From: Arcobacteraceae bacterium
GTDB taxonomy: Bacteria; Campylobacterota; Campylobacteria; Campylobacterales; Arcobacteraceae
Reading direction: 5' to 3'
DNA length: 64,000 bases
Assembly (NCBI GenBank): GCA_963662945.1
Contig: OY759974.1
Location: 2,208,001 to 2,272,000 of the forward strand
The notes under the pieces are model-generated. The model ran no database searches. It worked only from the letters and a program-made list of their open reading frames with translations, and was not told the DNA's origin. The position numbers and the translations under genes were made by a program. Positions 47,559 to 56,095 of the stretch are shown piece by piece. Position 1 is the stretch's first letter; each line of letters begins with the position of its first letter.

Positions 47559-47735
47559 ATGACAAATTTTAAACAAACAGTTACAATCTCTACACATACT
47601 ATTGAAAATCTATTGGTTGTATTACCTAAAAAGTGTTCTTGCCATTTATGCGAAAGTACAAAAGATGTGGCTAAAAAAAATCTTGGTGAAAAAAAATACA
47701 AATCACTTTGTACTTCATTGGGGATATTTAACTAA
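47559..47735 (+). CDS. Small Cys-rich hypothetical protein (58 aa), absent from the ORF track
   Basis: AAGGAG RBS; MTNFKQTVTISTHTIENLLVVLPKKCSCHLCESTKDVAKKNLGEKKYKSLCTSLGIFN*. Confidence 0.7.
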   Translation: MTNFKQTVTISTHTIENLLVVLPKKCSCHLCESTKDVAKKNLGEKKYKSLCTSLGIFN

Positions 47736-47753
47736 TCATCACAATCAATTATA

Positions 47754-47777
47754 ATAGTTATCAAATTTGATAACTAT
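47754..47777. repeat. Perfect 24-bp palindrome
   Basis: ATAGTTATCAAATTTGATAACTAT. Confidence 0.8.
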
Positions 47778-47850
47778 AATGTATTTCTAAAAAGCCCATT
47801 GCTCTTTTTTATGAACAAATTTGCTTATCTTAGCTATACTTCTACGCAAT

Positions 47851-48864
47851 ATGGAAAATTTAAAACAACTATTACACAAAATGCTCATCATTGGTTTTGA
47901 TGGGCAAGATATTTCTAATAATGAGACACTAAAAACTCAGATAAAAAATGGTTTAGGTGGAGTGATTTTATTTGATCATTATATCAATGATAAAACAAAA
48001 AGTAAAAATATCTCGACTCCAGAACAACTGAAAAAACTCAACTTTACACTTCAAAGTATTAGTAGTCATCCCTTAATGATTTGTATTGATCAAGAGGGTG
48101 GAAAAGTTGCAAGGTTAAGAGAGCAAAAGGGATTTAAAGAAACAGAATCTGCAAAAACGATTGCATCTTTTTCAGATAGTGAAGCAAAAGAAGCGTATGA
48201 GAGTTTAGCTTTACAGTTATCGCAACTTGGAATTAACTGTGATTTTGCTCCATTAGTTGATTTAGGAATCAATAAAGACTCTAAAATAATCTATGGACTT
48301 GATAGGGCTTATGGAGAAGATACACAAACTGTAGTTAAGTATGCAGAGATTTTTATAGATGCACTTACAAAACATCACGTCATCAATGTTTTGAAACATT
48401 TTCCTGGTCATGGGAGTGCTAAAGGAGATTCTCATGAAGGATTTGTAGATATTACAAAAACTTGGGATGAGTGTGAGCTTTATCCTTATAAAAAATTACT
48501 TCACAAAACCAATATGATTATGAGTGCCCATGTTTATAATGCTAAATTGGATGAAAAATATCCCTCTACACTCTCATATGCTACAAATACTAAACTTTTA
48601 AGAGAACAGTTGGGATATGATGGAGTATTAATTACTGATGATTTGCAAATGTTAGCAATTAAAGAGCATTATAAAAAAGAAGAGGCGATTGAACTTGCTA
48701 TAAACTCAGGCGCAGATATGCTAATGTATTGTAATCAATTAGGCAATGATGATACTAATGAAACTATTGAGATGATGGAATATTTAGTAAAAAGTGGCAA
48801 AATCTCAGAAGAGAGAATACGAGAAGCAAATAGAAGAATAGATAAACTACGACAAGGTATCTAA
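47851..48864 (+). CDS. nagZ: GH3 beta-N-acetylhexosaminidase
   Basis: IDQEGGKVARL, KHFPGHG....DSH and ITDDL.M motifs. Confidence 0.92.
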   Translation: MENLKQLLHKMLIIGFDGQDISNNETLKTQIKNGLGGVILFDHYINDKTKSKNISTPEQLKKLNFTLQSISSHPLMICIDQEGGKVARLREQKGFKETESAKTIASFSDSEAKEAYESLALQLSQLGINCDFAPLVDLGINKDSKIIYGLDRAYGEDTQTVVKYAEIFIDALTKHHVINVLKHFPGHGSAKGDSHEGFVDITKTWDECELYPYKKLLHKTNMIMSAHVYNAKLDEKYPSTLSYATNTKLLREQLGYDGVLITDDLQMLAIKEHYKKEEAIELAINSGADMLMYCNQLGNDDTNETIEMMEYLVKSGKISEERIREANRRIDKLRQGI

Positions 48865-50348
48865 TGCAAGCAGGGTTTTCTTCTATTGATTGGGCGATTT
48901 TTATTGGTTATTTAAGTGTATTACTTGTTACTGCACGTTACCTTGCAAATGCCAATATCACCTCTTCAAGGGAGTTTTTTACTGCAAAAAATTCTATGAT
49001 GGCTTGGACGGTTGCATTATCCTTACTTGCTACTGCCCAATCTGCTGCTACTTTTTTAGGAGCACCTGAATTTTCTTATAGATTTGATTTAACACTTCTT
49101 GGCTACTCTGTTACATCATTACTTGCAATTTATATCGTGGTAAAAGTTTTGATTCCACGACTTTATGCGATGAATGCTGTGAGTGTATATGAACTACTTC
49201 AGGAACGATATGGTGAAAATGCTAGACGAGATGTAGGGATTATGTTCTTAGTAGGAAGATTGTTTGCCAGTGGTGCAAGACTTTACATGGCTGCACTTGC
49301 TTTAAGTATGATACTTTTTTATGATATTAGCTTAGTTCATGTGAGTTTATCTGTAGTGTTACTTGTGATAGGGGCTTTAATTTTTACCTATTTTGGAGGG
49401 ATTAGGTCTGTTATTATTAGTGATATATTACAGATTATTGTTTATTTAGGTGCTGGAATTGCAGTGGCTGTATATTTGTATCTATCAATATCAATGGATT
49501 TTTCGACAATTTATCAAACTTTGAGTGAAGTAGAAAAATTAAAATATATAGATTTTGAACTTAGCTTTACCAATGAGGGGAAATTTAATATGTTTGCACT
49601 TCTTACAGGATATATGCTTTTAAATATTGCAGCCTTTGGACTAGATCAAGACTTAGCTCAAAGGGTACTATCTTGTAAAAATAAAAAAGAGGCTGGATGG
49701 TCACTTTATGGTGCTACACTTTTAAGTATACCAGTATCTATGCTTTTTCTAACTATCGGATTATTACTTTTTTTATACTATCAAGAGCATACAATCAATC
49801 AAAAATTTGCAGGGGAGAGCATCACTATTTTTATGTATTATATTTTAAATGAGATGCCAAATGGTTTAAAAGGTTTTGTAACCATTGGTGCAATTGCAGC
49901 AGCACTTAGTAGTACAAATTCAGTTTTAGGGGCAATGAGTAGCGTAGCTATTGAAGATATTTATAGGCCACATAAAAATAAAAACAGTGTAACAGTAGAT
50001 GAACAACATTTTGTAAAAGTTGCTAAAAGTTTGGTATTGGTTTTTGCCGTAGCATTAGCACTCATGGCGATTGTAAGTTTTATTGTTCATAGCCATAGTA
50101 ACATTCCTCTTATTAGTTTTGCTTTAGGGGTAATGGCATATGCTTATAGTGGATTGCTTGGTGTCTTTGGTAGTGCAATCTTTACTAATCGTGGTAATTC
50201 TAAACTCATCCCTTATGCTCTTATAGTTGGTTTTATAAGTGTTTTTTCGATGCAAGGTTATACTTTTGGTTTAAATATAGGATTTTCATGGCAGTTAGTG
50301 ATAGGAACTGCACTTTCATTTGGAGTGATGCAACTTGGAAAAAAGTAA
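48864..50348 (+). CDS. Sodium:solute symporter
   Basis: SLLATAQSAATFLGAP, GG..SVI.SD..Q, DQDLAQR motifs; multi-TM. Confidence 0.9.
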   Translation: MQAGFSSIDWAIFIGYLSVLLVTARYLANANITSSREFFTAKNSMMAWTVALSLLATAQSAATFLGAPEFSYRFDLTLLGYSVTSLLAIYIVVKVLIPRLYAMNAVSVYELLQERYGENARRDVGIMFLVGRLFASGARLYMAALALSMILFYDISLVHVSLSVVLLVIGALIFTYFGGIRSVIISDILQIIVYLGAGIAVAVYLYLSISMDFSTIYQTLSEVEKLKYIDFELSFTNEGKFNMFALLTGYMLLNIAAFGLDQDLAQRVLSCKNKKEAGWSLYGATLLSIPVSMLFLTIGLLLFLYYQEHTINQKFAGESITIFMYYILNEMPNGLKGFVTIGAIAAALSSTNSVLGAMSSVAIEDIYRPHKNKNSVTVDEQHFVKVAKSLVLVFAVALALMAIVSFIVHSHSNIPLISFALGVMAYAYSGLLGVFGSAIFTNRGNSKLIPYALIVGFISVFSMQGYTFGLNIGFSWQLVIGTALSFGVMQLGKK

Positions 50349-51426
50349 TCTATTTATTGGGGTAATGAGTGGTACAAGCCTTGATGGTATCGATATAGCT
50401 TTATGCTCTATTTGTGAAAATAAAATTGAAACTTTAAGTGCAAAAGAATACAGCTATGATACAAATATAAAAGAAGATGTATTAAACGCTATTGCAAACA
50501 AAGTTTCACTTGAAACTATTGGTACACTACACCATAGATTAGCAGTTATGTATGCTAAAGCGTTAGAAGAATTTTTAACTGAATTTCATATTGATTCTAA
50601 AGATATTGTGGCAATTGGTCTGCATGGTCAAACTCTTTGGCACGCTCCAAATATCCCCTACCCTTTTTCACTGCAATTAGGGGATGGCTCATTGGTAGCA
50701 AAGAGGTTACAAATTGATGTTGTAAATGATTTTAGAAGTGGTGATATAGCAAATGGTGGACAAGGAGCTCCTTTAACTCCTGCTTTTCATAAGGCTTTAT
50801 TTGATGATAAAAATACTGCTGTACTAAATCTTGGAGGTATTGCAAATATCACTATTTTAAGTGATGATTTTATAGGTTTTGATGTGGGGGTAGCTAATAT
50901 CTTATGCGATTATTGGATAGGAAAGCATCAAAATAAGCTTTTTGATAAAGATGGAGTATGGGCAAGTGAAGGGAAAGTACATAAGGAGCTTTTAGATTTA
51001 CTTCTTAGTGATCCATATTTTAAACAACTACCACCTAAAAGTACAGGGCGTGAATATTTTAATGCTGCATGGTTAGAAAAACAACTAGAATCATTTAGTA
51101 CCATAAGTGCCGTTGATGTTCAAGCAACTTTAATAGAATTTACGGTTCAACCTATTATAGAAGCTTTAAAAAACTACAAAATTAATAGATTGATTGTATG
51201 TGGCGGTGGAGCACACAATAGTTTTCTAATGAAAAAACTTTCACAAAACTTAGACAAAGTGGCAGTTTTAAAAAGTGACGACATAGGAATTAATAGCACT
51301 TTTTTAGAAGCAATAGCTTTTGCATGGTTAGCATATAAAAGAATGAATCATCAAGCTATTGATTTACAAACAATTACAGGGGCAAATAAACCATCAATTC
51401 TAGGAGCAATACATGCAAAAGATTAA
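50335..51426 (+). CDS. anmK: Anhydro-N-acetylmuramic acid kinase
   Basis: GVMSGTSLDGID, HGQT, DFR..D...GGQGAPL, PKSTGRE, EAIAFAWLA motifs. Confidence 0.96.
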   Translation: MEKSNLFIGVMSGTSLDGIDIALCSICENKIETLSAKEYSYDTNIKEDVLNAIANKVSLETIGTLHHRLAVMYAKALEEFLTEFHIDSKDIVAIGLHGQTLWHAPNIPYPFSLQLGDGSLVAKRLQIDVVNDFRSGDIANGGQGAPLTPAFHKALFDDKNTAVLNLGGIANITILSDDFIGFDVGVANILCDYWIGKHQNKLFDKDGVWASEGKVHKELLDLLLSDPYFKQLPPKSTGREYFNAAWLEKQLESFSTISAVDVQATLIEFTVQPIIEALKNYKINRLIVCGGGAHNSFLMKKLSQNLDKVAVLKSDDIGINSTFLEAIAFAWLAYKRMNHQAIDLQTITGANKPSILGAIHAKD

Positions 51427-52351
51427 AGAATTTTTAGAAGGTACTCCTTATGCGGATTTTACCATTGAAGTTGCTTCAAGTGATGCAAGTTTTAGACGAT
51501 ATTTTAGATTGTACAAAGGAGATGAAACTTTAGTCCTTATGGATTCATCTTTAGAAAAAACATCGCTAGAGCCTTTTATAAATGTTACTAATCGTTTGCA
51601 AAGTGCAAATCTTCATGCTCCAAAAATTTTTCATGAAGATAGAGAAAAAGGGTTTTTAATTATAGAAGATCTTGGAGTAAAAAATCTTCTTGATGCTCTA
51701 AGTCAAGATAATTTTAAGTCTCTTTATAAAAAGTGTATTGATGAGATTATCACTATGCAAAAAGTTGATGCAACTGCATTGCCTCTTTATGATGAGGCTT
51801 TTTTAAAGCTAGAGATGAACTTAATGCCAGAGTGGTTTTTAAACAAATATTTAGAGCAAAATTTAAATGAACAAGAGATTGCCATCATAGAAAATACTAT
51901 TGATTTGGTTGCAAAAAAAGTGCTTTCTCATCCTCAAGAATGTTTTGTTCATCGTGATTTTCACTCAAGAAATATTATGCACTGTGAACCACTTGGAATT
52001 ATAGATTACCAAGATGCTATGAATGGTTCTATTGTTTATGATTTAGTTTCACTACTCAAAGATTTATATATCCAGTTTGATCCACAAGATATGGCTGAGT
52101 TAGCACTTTATTTTAAAGAGCAAAAAAAACTACAAGTAAGTGATGAAGAGTTTTTAGAGTGGTTTGATTTTATGGGACTACAGCGTCATTTAAAAGTACT
52201 TGGTATTTTTGCGAGATTATACTTACGAGATAATAAAGATGGGTATTTAAAAGACCTACCTCTTACTTTAGATTATGTACTACAAGTGTGTAAAAAATAC
52301 TCTGAACTTGACGCCTTACATCAATTACTCTCTAAAGTAACATTACCATGA
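51413..52351 (+). CDS. amgK: MurNAc/GlcNAc anomeric kinase (APH-fold phosphotransferase)
   Basis: SDASFRRYFR, HRDFHSRN, IDYQDA, QRHLKVLGIFARL..RD.K..Y motifs. Confidence 0.9.
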   Translation: MQKIKEFLEGTPYADFTIEVASSDASFRRYFRLYKGDETLVLMDSSLEKTSLEPFINVTNRLQSANLHAPKIFHEDREKGFLIIEDLGVKNLLDALSQDNFKSLYKKCIDEIITMQKVDATALPLYDEAFLKLEMNLMPEWFLNKYLEQNLNEQEIAIIENTIDLVAKKVLSHPQECFVHRDFHSRNIMHCEPLGIIDYQDAMNGSIVYDLVSLLKDLYIQFDPQDMAELALYFKEQKKLQVSDEEFLEWFDFMGLQRHLKVLGIFARLYLRDNKDGYLKDLPLTLDYVLQVCKKYSELDALHQLLSKVTLP

Positions 52352-52977
52352 TAGCTATGATACTTGCTGCTGGACGAGGGGAGAGGATGCGACCCCTTAC
52401 CGATAATACCCCAAAACCCTTGCTTGAAGTTAAAGGGAAACCACTTATAGTGTGGCATATAGAAAAGCTAGTAGATAAAGGGTTTAAAACTATTATTATA
52501 AATATTGACCATTTAGGTGAGCAGATACTACAAAGTTTAGGTGATGGCTCAATTTGGGGCATTAAAATCATCTATAGTGATGAGAGAGAAACTGGTGCTT
52601 TAGAAACAGCTGGGGCTATTATCAAAGCATTACCCTTTTTAAGTGAAATATTTTTAGTAGTAAATGGTGATATTTGGTGTGATTATGATTTTCAATTAGA
52701 TTTTCATTTGGATAATAAGTTGGCACATCTTGTCTTAGTGCCAAATCCAGAACATAATCCAAATGGGGATTTTCAATACTTAGAATCATATTATACATTT
52801 AGTGGTATTGGTTATTATAGTAAAAAGATTTTTGAAAATTTAAGTGCAGGTAAACGTCCACTAGCTCCAATTTTAAAAGAGTTAATTAGTGAAGAAAAAA
52901 TCAGCTTTGAACTTCATAGTGGAGTTTGGAGTGATATAGGAACACCAGAGCGTTTAAATGAGGTGAATGCTCTGTAA
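52348..52977 (+). CDS. murU: MurNAc-alpha-1-phosphate uridylyltransferase
   Basis: AMILAAGRGERMRPLTD..PKPL, LETAG, NPEHNP.GDF, W.DIGTPERL; directly follows amgK. Confidence 0.9.
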   Translation: MIAMILAAGRGERMRPLTDNTPKPLLEVKGKPLIVWHIEKLVDKGFKTIIINIDHLGEQILQSLGDGSIWGIKIIYSDERETGALETAGAIIKALPFLSEIFLVVNGDIWCDYDFQLDFHLDNKLAHLVLVPNPEHNPNGDFQYLESYYTFSGIGYYSKKIFENLSAGKRPLAPILKELISEEKISFELHSGVWSDIGTPERLNEVNAL

Positions 52978-53781
52978 ATATTTAGCTACCGCATCTTCAT
53001 TATTACTAAACTCAGAAACAAAAGTAGCAAGTTCTTTTAACTCTTTGTGTGCATTGGCAACAGCAACTGATGTATGAGCTAGTTTAAACATCCCAACATC
53101 ATTAAGATTGTCTCCAAAAACAGTAAACTCTTTATAGTCTATCTGTGTTATTTCATGAACTTTTTGTAAGCCATGTGCCTTATCTGCATCTTTATGCAGA
53201 AGCGTTAAAAAATAACATCCAAGATACGCTTCTGGTGCTAAGATATATTTTATCTCATCTTTAAAAATAGATTGTAAGTTATCTTGTAACTCCTCTAATT
53301 GTTCTTTTTCTCCAAAATAAACTAGTTTAAAATTATCCTTCATTGCTTTTATATTAGAACACTCTTGAAGATTATCATCACCTTTATATCTTTTTAAAAG
53401 CTCTTTTTGATGGCTATTTGTTTGAGTTGGATATAAAAAAGCCTCATTAAGATGTTGGTCTTTTAATGCTAAAACAAAAGGATAAATACCAAGCTTTACC
53501 CCACACTCTATAATCTCATTACCCATCTCATTTGATAAAGTTTTCATATCTAAAATCTTTTTTTCAGGTGAAATAATAAGTGAACCATCAAGTAAAATCA
53601 TAGGGGTATTTATGTGAAGACCTTGTAAAAATTGTTCACTTTTTTTATATGTTCTTGCTGTTGCAATACCCATAATATGATTTTGTGCCATAGTATTCCA
53701 TGTTGTTTTACTATGGTCGCTTATAGTAAGATCATTACGTAAAAAAGTATGATCAAGGTCTGTTAAAAAAAGTTTGGACAT
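52954..53781 (-). CDS. Cof-type HAD-IIB hydrolase
   Basis: TDLDHT, ATAR, K, FGDNLND motifs. Confidence 0.9.
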   Translation of the reverse strand: MSKLFLTDLDHTFLRNDLTISDHSKTTWNTMAQNHIMGIATARTYKKSEQFLQGLHINTPMILLDGSLIISPEKKILDMKTLSNEMGNEIIECGVKLGIYPFVLALKDQHLNEAFLYPTQTNSHQKELLKRYKGDDNLQECSNIKAMKDNFKLVYFGEKEQLEELQDNLQSIFKDEIKYILAPEAYLGCYFLTLLHKDADKAHGLQKVHEITQIDYKEFTVFGDNLNDVGMFKLAHTSVAVANAHKELKELATFVSEFSNNEDAVAKYLQSIHLI

Positions 53782-53814
53782 TCGTAGCCTTTAAGTATTT
53801 TTTAGTCAAGATTA

Positions 53815-55332
53815 TTAAAAAGCCCAGTGGTCTCTTTTATTTCTCCATGGGCTGTATGGCTTGTTCCAATAGCTTGGGAGTTCTTGCCCATCATTTATAT
53901 TTTGATAATACTCTTTTTCATGAGCTTTTATCTCTTCTCTGATTTTACTTACATATTGTTTTTGTTCATTTTCATCAATTTTACTTTGAGGAAGAGTCGC
54001 TTCTAATAATTCTTCTTCAAATTTTGCTAAATTAAAATTTTTATTTAAAAATTTAGTAATATTAATAACATCTCTTTTTGCATTTCCTAAACAGCTCGTT
54101 GCACCAGGTGAAGGGGTCATATTAAATACTATTCCATCTCCAGTGTTTATAGATGCTTCCCCCAACATTAGTTTTCCCTCTGTTTTATTTAGAACCTGTG
54201 GTCGTACACCACCAAAACCATCTGCATATCGTATATCATCTGTTTTGAGTGATGGGATGATTTTTCTTGCATTTTTTACAAAAAGTTTTTTATTGATATA
54301 TGGTATTTCAAATAAAAAGTTTCTAAAGATATAGTTTCGTATATCACTATCTTTTAAAAGGTCGTAGAATATTTTGATAATTTTTTTATCAAATCGAAGT
54401 GTTGTCCAAAAATCTTTGTATGTTCCACTTTTATATCTTTCTAACTTTGGTAATACAAGGGCCGTTGGTCCAAATCGTGTAAGTCCATCTTCTAAAATAT
54501 CTGGATCTCCATGTAAGGCCGCAAATGGAAGTTTTGGATTTTGTACCATATACACTTTTCCATTAAGAATTTTTTGGTTTGTCATATAGAAGCTTCCTGC
54601 AACTGGTAGACAACTATATTCAAGTCCATATCCCATTTTATGTGCTAAAAATAGTGAATGAGCACCGGCATTTACTACAACAAAATCAGCTTCATAGGTT
54701 TCATTTGCTGTTTTTACTTTGTAAGTATCATTTTCTTTTTGGATATCTAAAACTTGTGAATTTACAAATAAATCTACAGTTTTCCCATCCTCTTTTTGTG
54801 CATTTTCTATCAAACTTACAGACATTTTTTTATAATCTACTGTAGTCCACTCTCCAATGGAACCCACTCCAACAATTGTTTCTGGTCGCTCTTTTCCATT
54901 TTCATCAAATATAAGTTTTGGTTCTATAGTTTTAAGATGCTCTTTATCCCATACTTGAAGATTTGGGAAAAGTTCTTTGAACTCTTCATATCTTTCAAGC
55001 ATAAATTCAACCTCTTTATCTCCTACACCCAAAGCCATTTTTTGATGAGAGAAGATAACTTCATTTTCTAGCTTGTGTTGCAGACAATATTTTTCAACCA
55101 TTTTGGCTGTTTGTTTAGTAATTGAAGCTTTTGCAAGAGTATAGTTTGTTTCAATATCCCCAAAATGGATAGTTTGAGAGTTTGCTTTTCCTGAACTATT
55201 AAGGGTAGAAACCCCTTCATACTTTTCTAAAATACAAATAGATTTTATATCTGTATATCTTGCCAATTCATACGCTAAAGCAGCTCCTGAAATACCTGCA
55301 CCTACAATTACAACTTCATACTTTTTACCCAC
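53815..55332 (-). CDS. mqo: Malate:quinone oxidoreductase (Campylobacterota type)
   Basis: GAGISG, NSQTIH.GDIETNY, NPKLPFAALHGD, FNMTPSPGATSCL motifs. Confidence 0.9.
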   Translation of the reverse strand: MGKKYEVVIVGAGISGAALAYELARYTDIKSICILEKYEGVSTLNSSGKANSQTIHFGDIETNYTLAKASITKQTAKMVEKYCLQHKLENEVIFSHQKMALGVGDKEVEFMLERYEEFKELFPNLQVWDKEHLKTIEPKLIFDENGKERPETIVGVGSIGEWTTVDYKKMSVSLIENAQKEDGKTVDLFVNSQVLDIQKENDTYKVKTANETYEADFVVVNAGAHSLFLAHKMGYGLEYSCLPVAGSFYMTNQKILNGKVYMVQNPKLPFAALHGDPDILEDGLTRFGPTALVLPKLERYKSGTYKDFWTTLRFDKKIIKIFYDLLKDSDIRNYIFRNFLFEIPYINKKLFVKNARKIIPSLKTDDIRYADGFGGVRPQVLNKTEGKLMLGEASINTGDGIVFNMTPSPGATSCLGNAKRDVINITKFLNKNFNLAKFEEELLEATLPQSKIDENEQKQYVSKIREEIKAHEKEYYQNINDGQELPSYWNKPYSPWRNKRDHWAF

Positions 55333-55378
55333 AATTACACCTTATTTAGTTAATAGAGATATTGTATCTAAAATTCAA

Positions 55379-56095
55379 TTATGATAGTAAATTGGAAGCG
55401 AGTTTTTCCAACCCTTTTTTTTGTAAGATGTGTAAATTGCTCATTTGTGTATATTCAAAAGTTTTTTCTTTGTAATATTCTAAGATTATTTTATCAATTT
55501 GTTCTTTTTGAGAGATGATAGTTTCTAGAAAACTTTTCATCTCACTTGTTTCAAACTCATCAAAATTTTGAAGTTTTAAAAAAAGTGCTTCTAAAAGCTC
55601 TTCATTTATGAAGTTTTGTGCTTTGTTTAGAAATTTTGTGGCTTCTGCTTCTACAGCGTAAATTTCATCATTCCATTTTCTTCCGTGTATTAGTTGGTCT
55701 ACTGCAACATCAATGAAAACAGGGACAATATCTAAAACTTGATTGAGTTCTGTAAAATCATTATCAACCAAATCCCGAAATAACATTCGTGTTCTATTGC
55801 GTATTTTTTTTCGTAATTCTTCATTTTCTATAACTTGTGGATTAAGTATTTTAAATCGTTCCAATGCTCCTAATCGTGAGTGATTAAATGCCATAATAGA
55901 AACAAGTGGATGAGGGTCTTTGATTTGGTCTGGATGGGAACCAGATGGTCTACAAAATGCCCAGTAGAGTCTTGCTTCCATATCTTTATGGTTTATATAT
56001 TTTTTATCTCCAAGTGCTTCAAAGTTCTCTTCATCTTTAAGTGCTTCCACTTCCTCTTTATAGGTTAAATTGAATAACTCTTCCATAACTTTCAA
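55379..56095 (-). CDS. Hypothetical helical protein overlapping the vWA gene
   Basis: 238-aa ORF whose start overlaps the end of 56058-57284; no family recognised. Confidence 0.75.
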   Translation of the reverse strand: MKVMEELFNLTYKEEVEALKDEENFEALGDKKYINHKDMEARLYWAFCRPSGSHPDQIKDPHPLVSIMAFNHSRLGALERFKILNPQVIENEELRKKIRNRTRMLFRDLVDNDFTELNQVLDIVPVFIDVAVDQLIHGRKWNDEIYAVEAEATKFLNKAQNFINEELLEALFLKLQNFDEFETSEMKSFLETIISQKEQIDKIILEYYKEKTFEYTQMSNLHILQKKGLEKLASNLLS

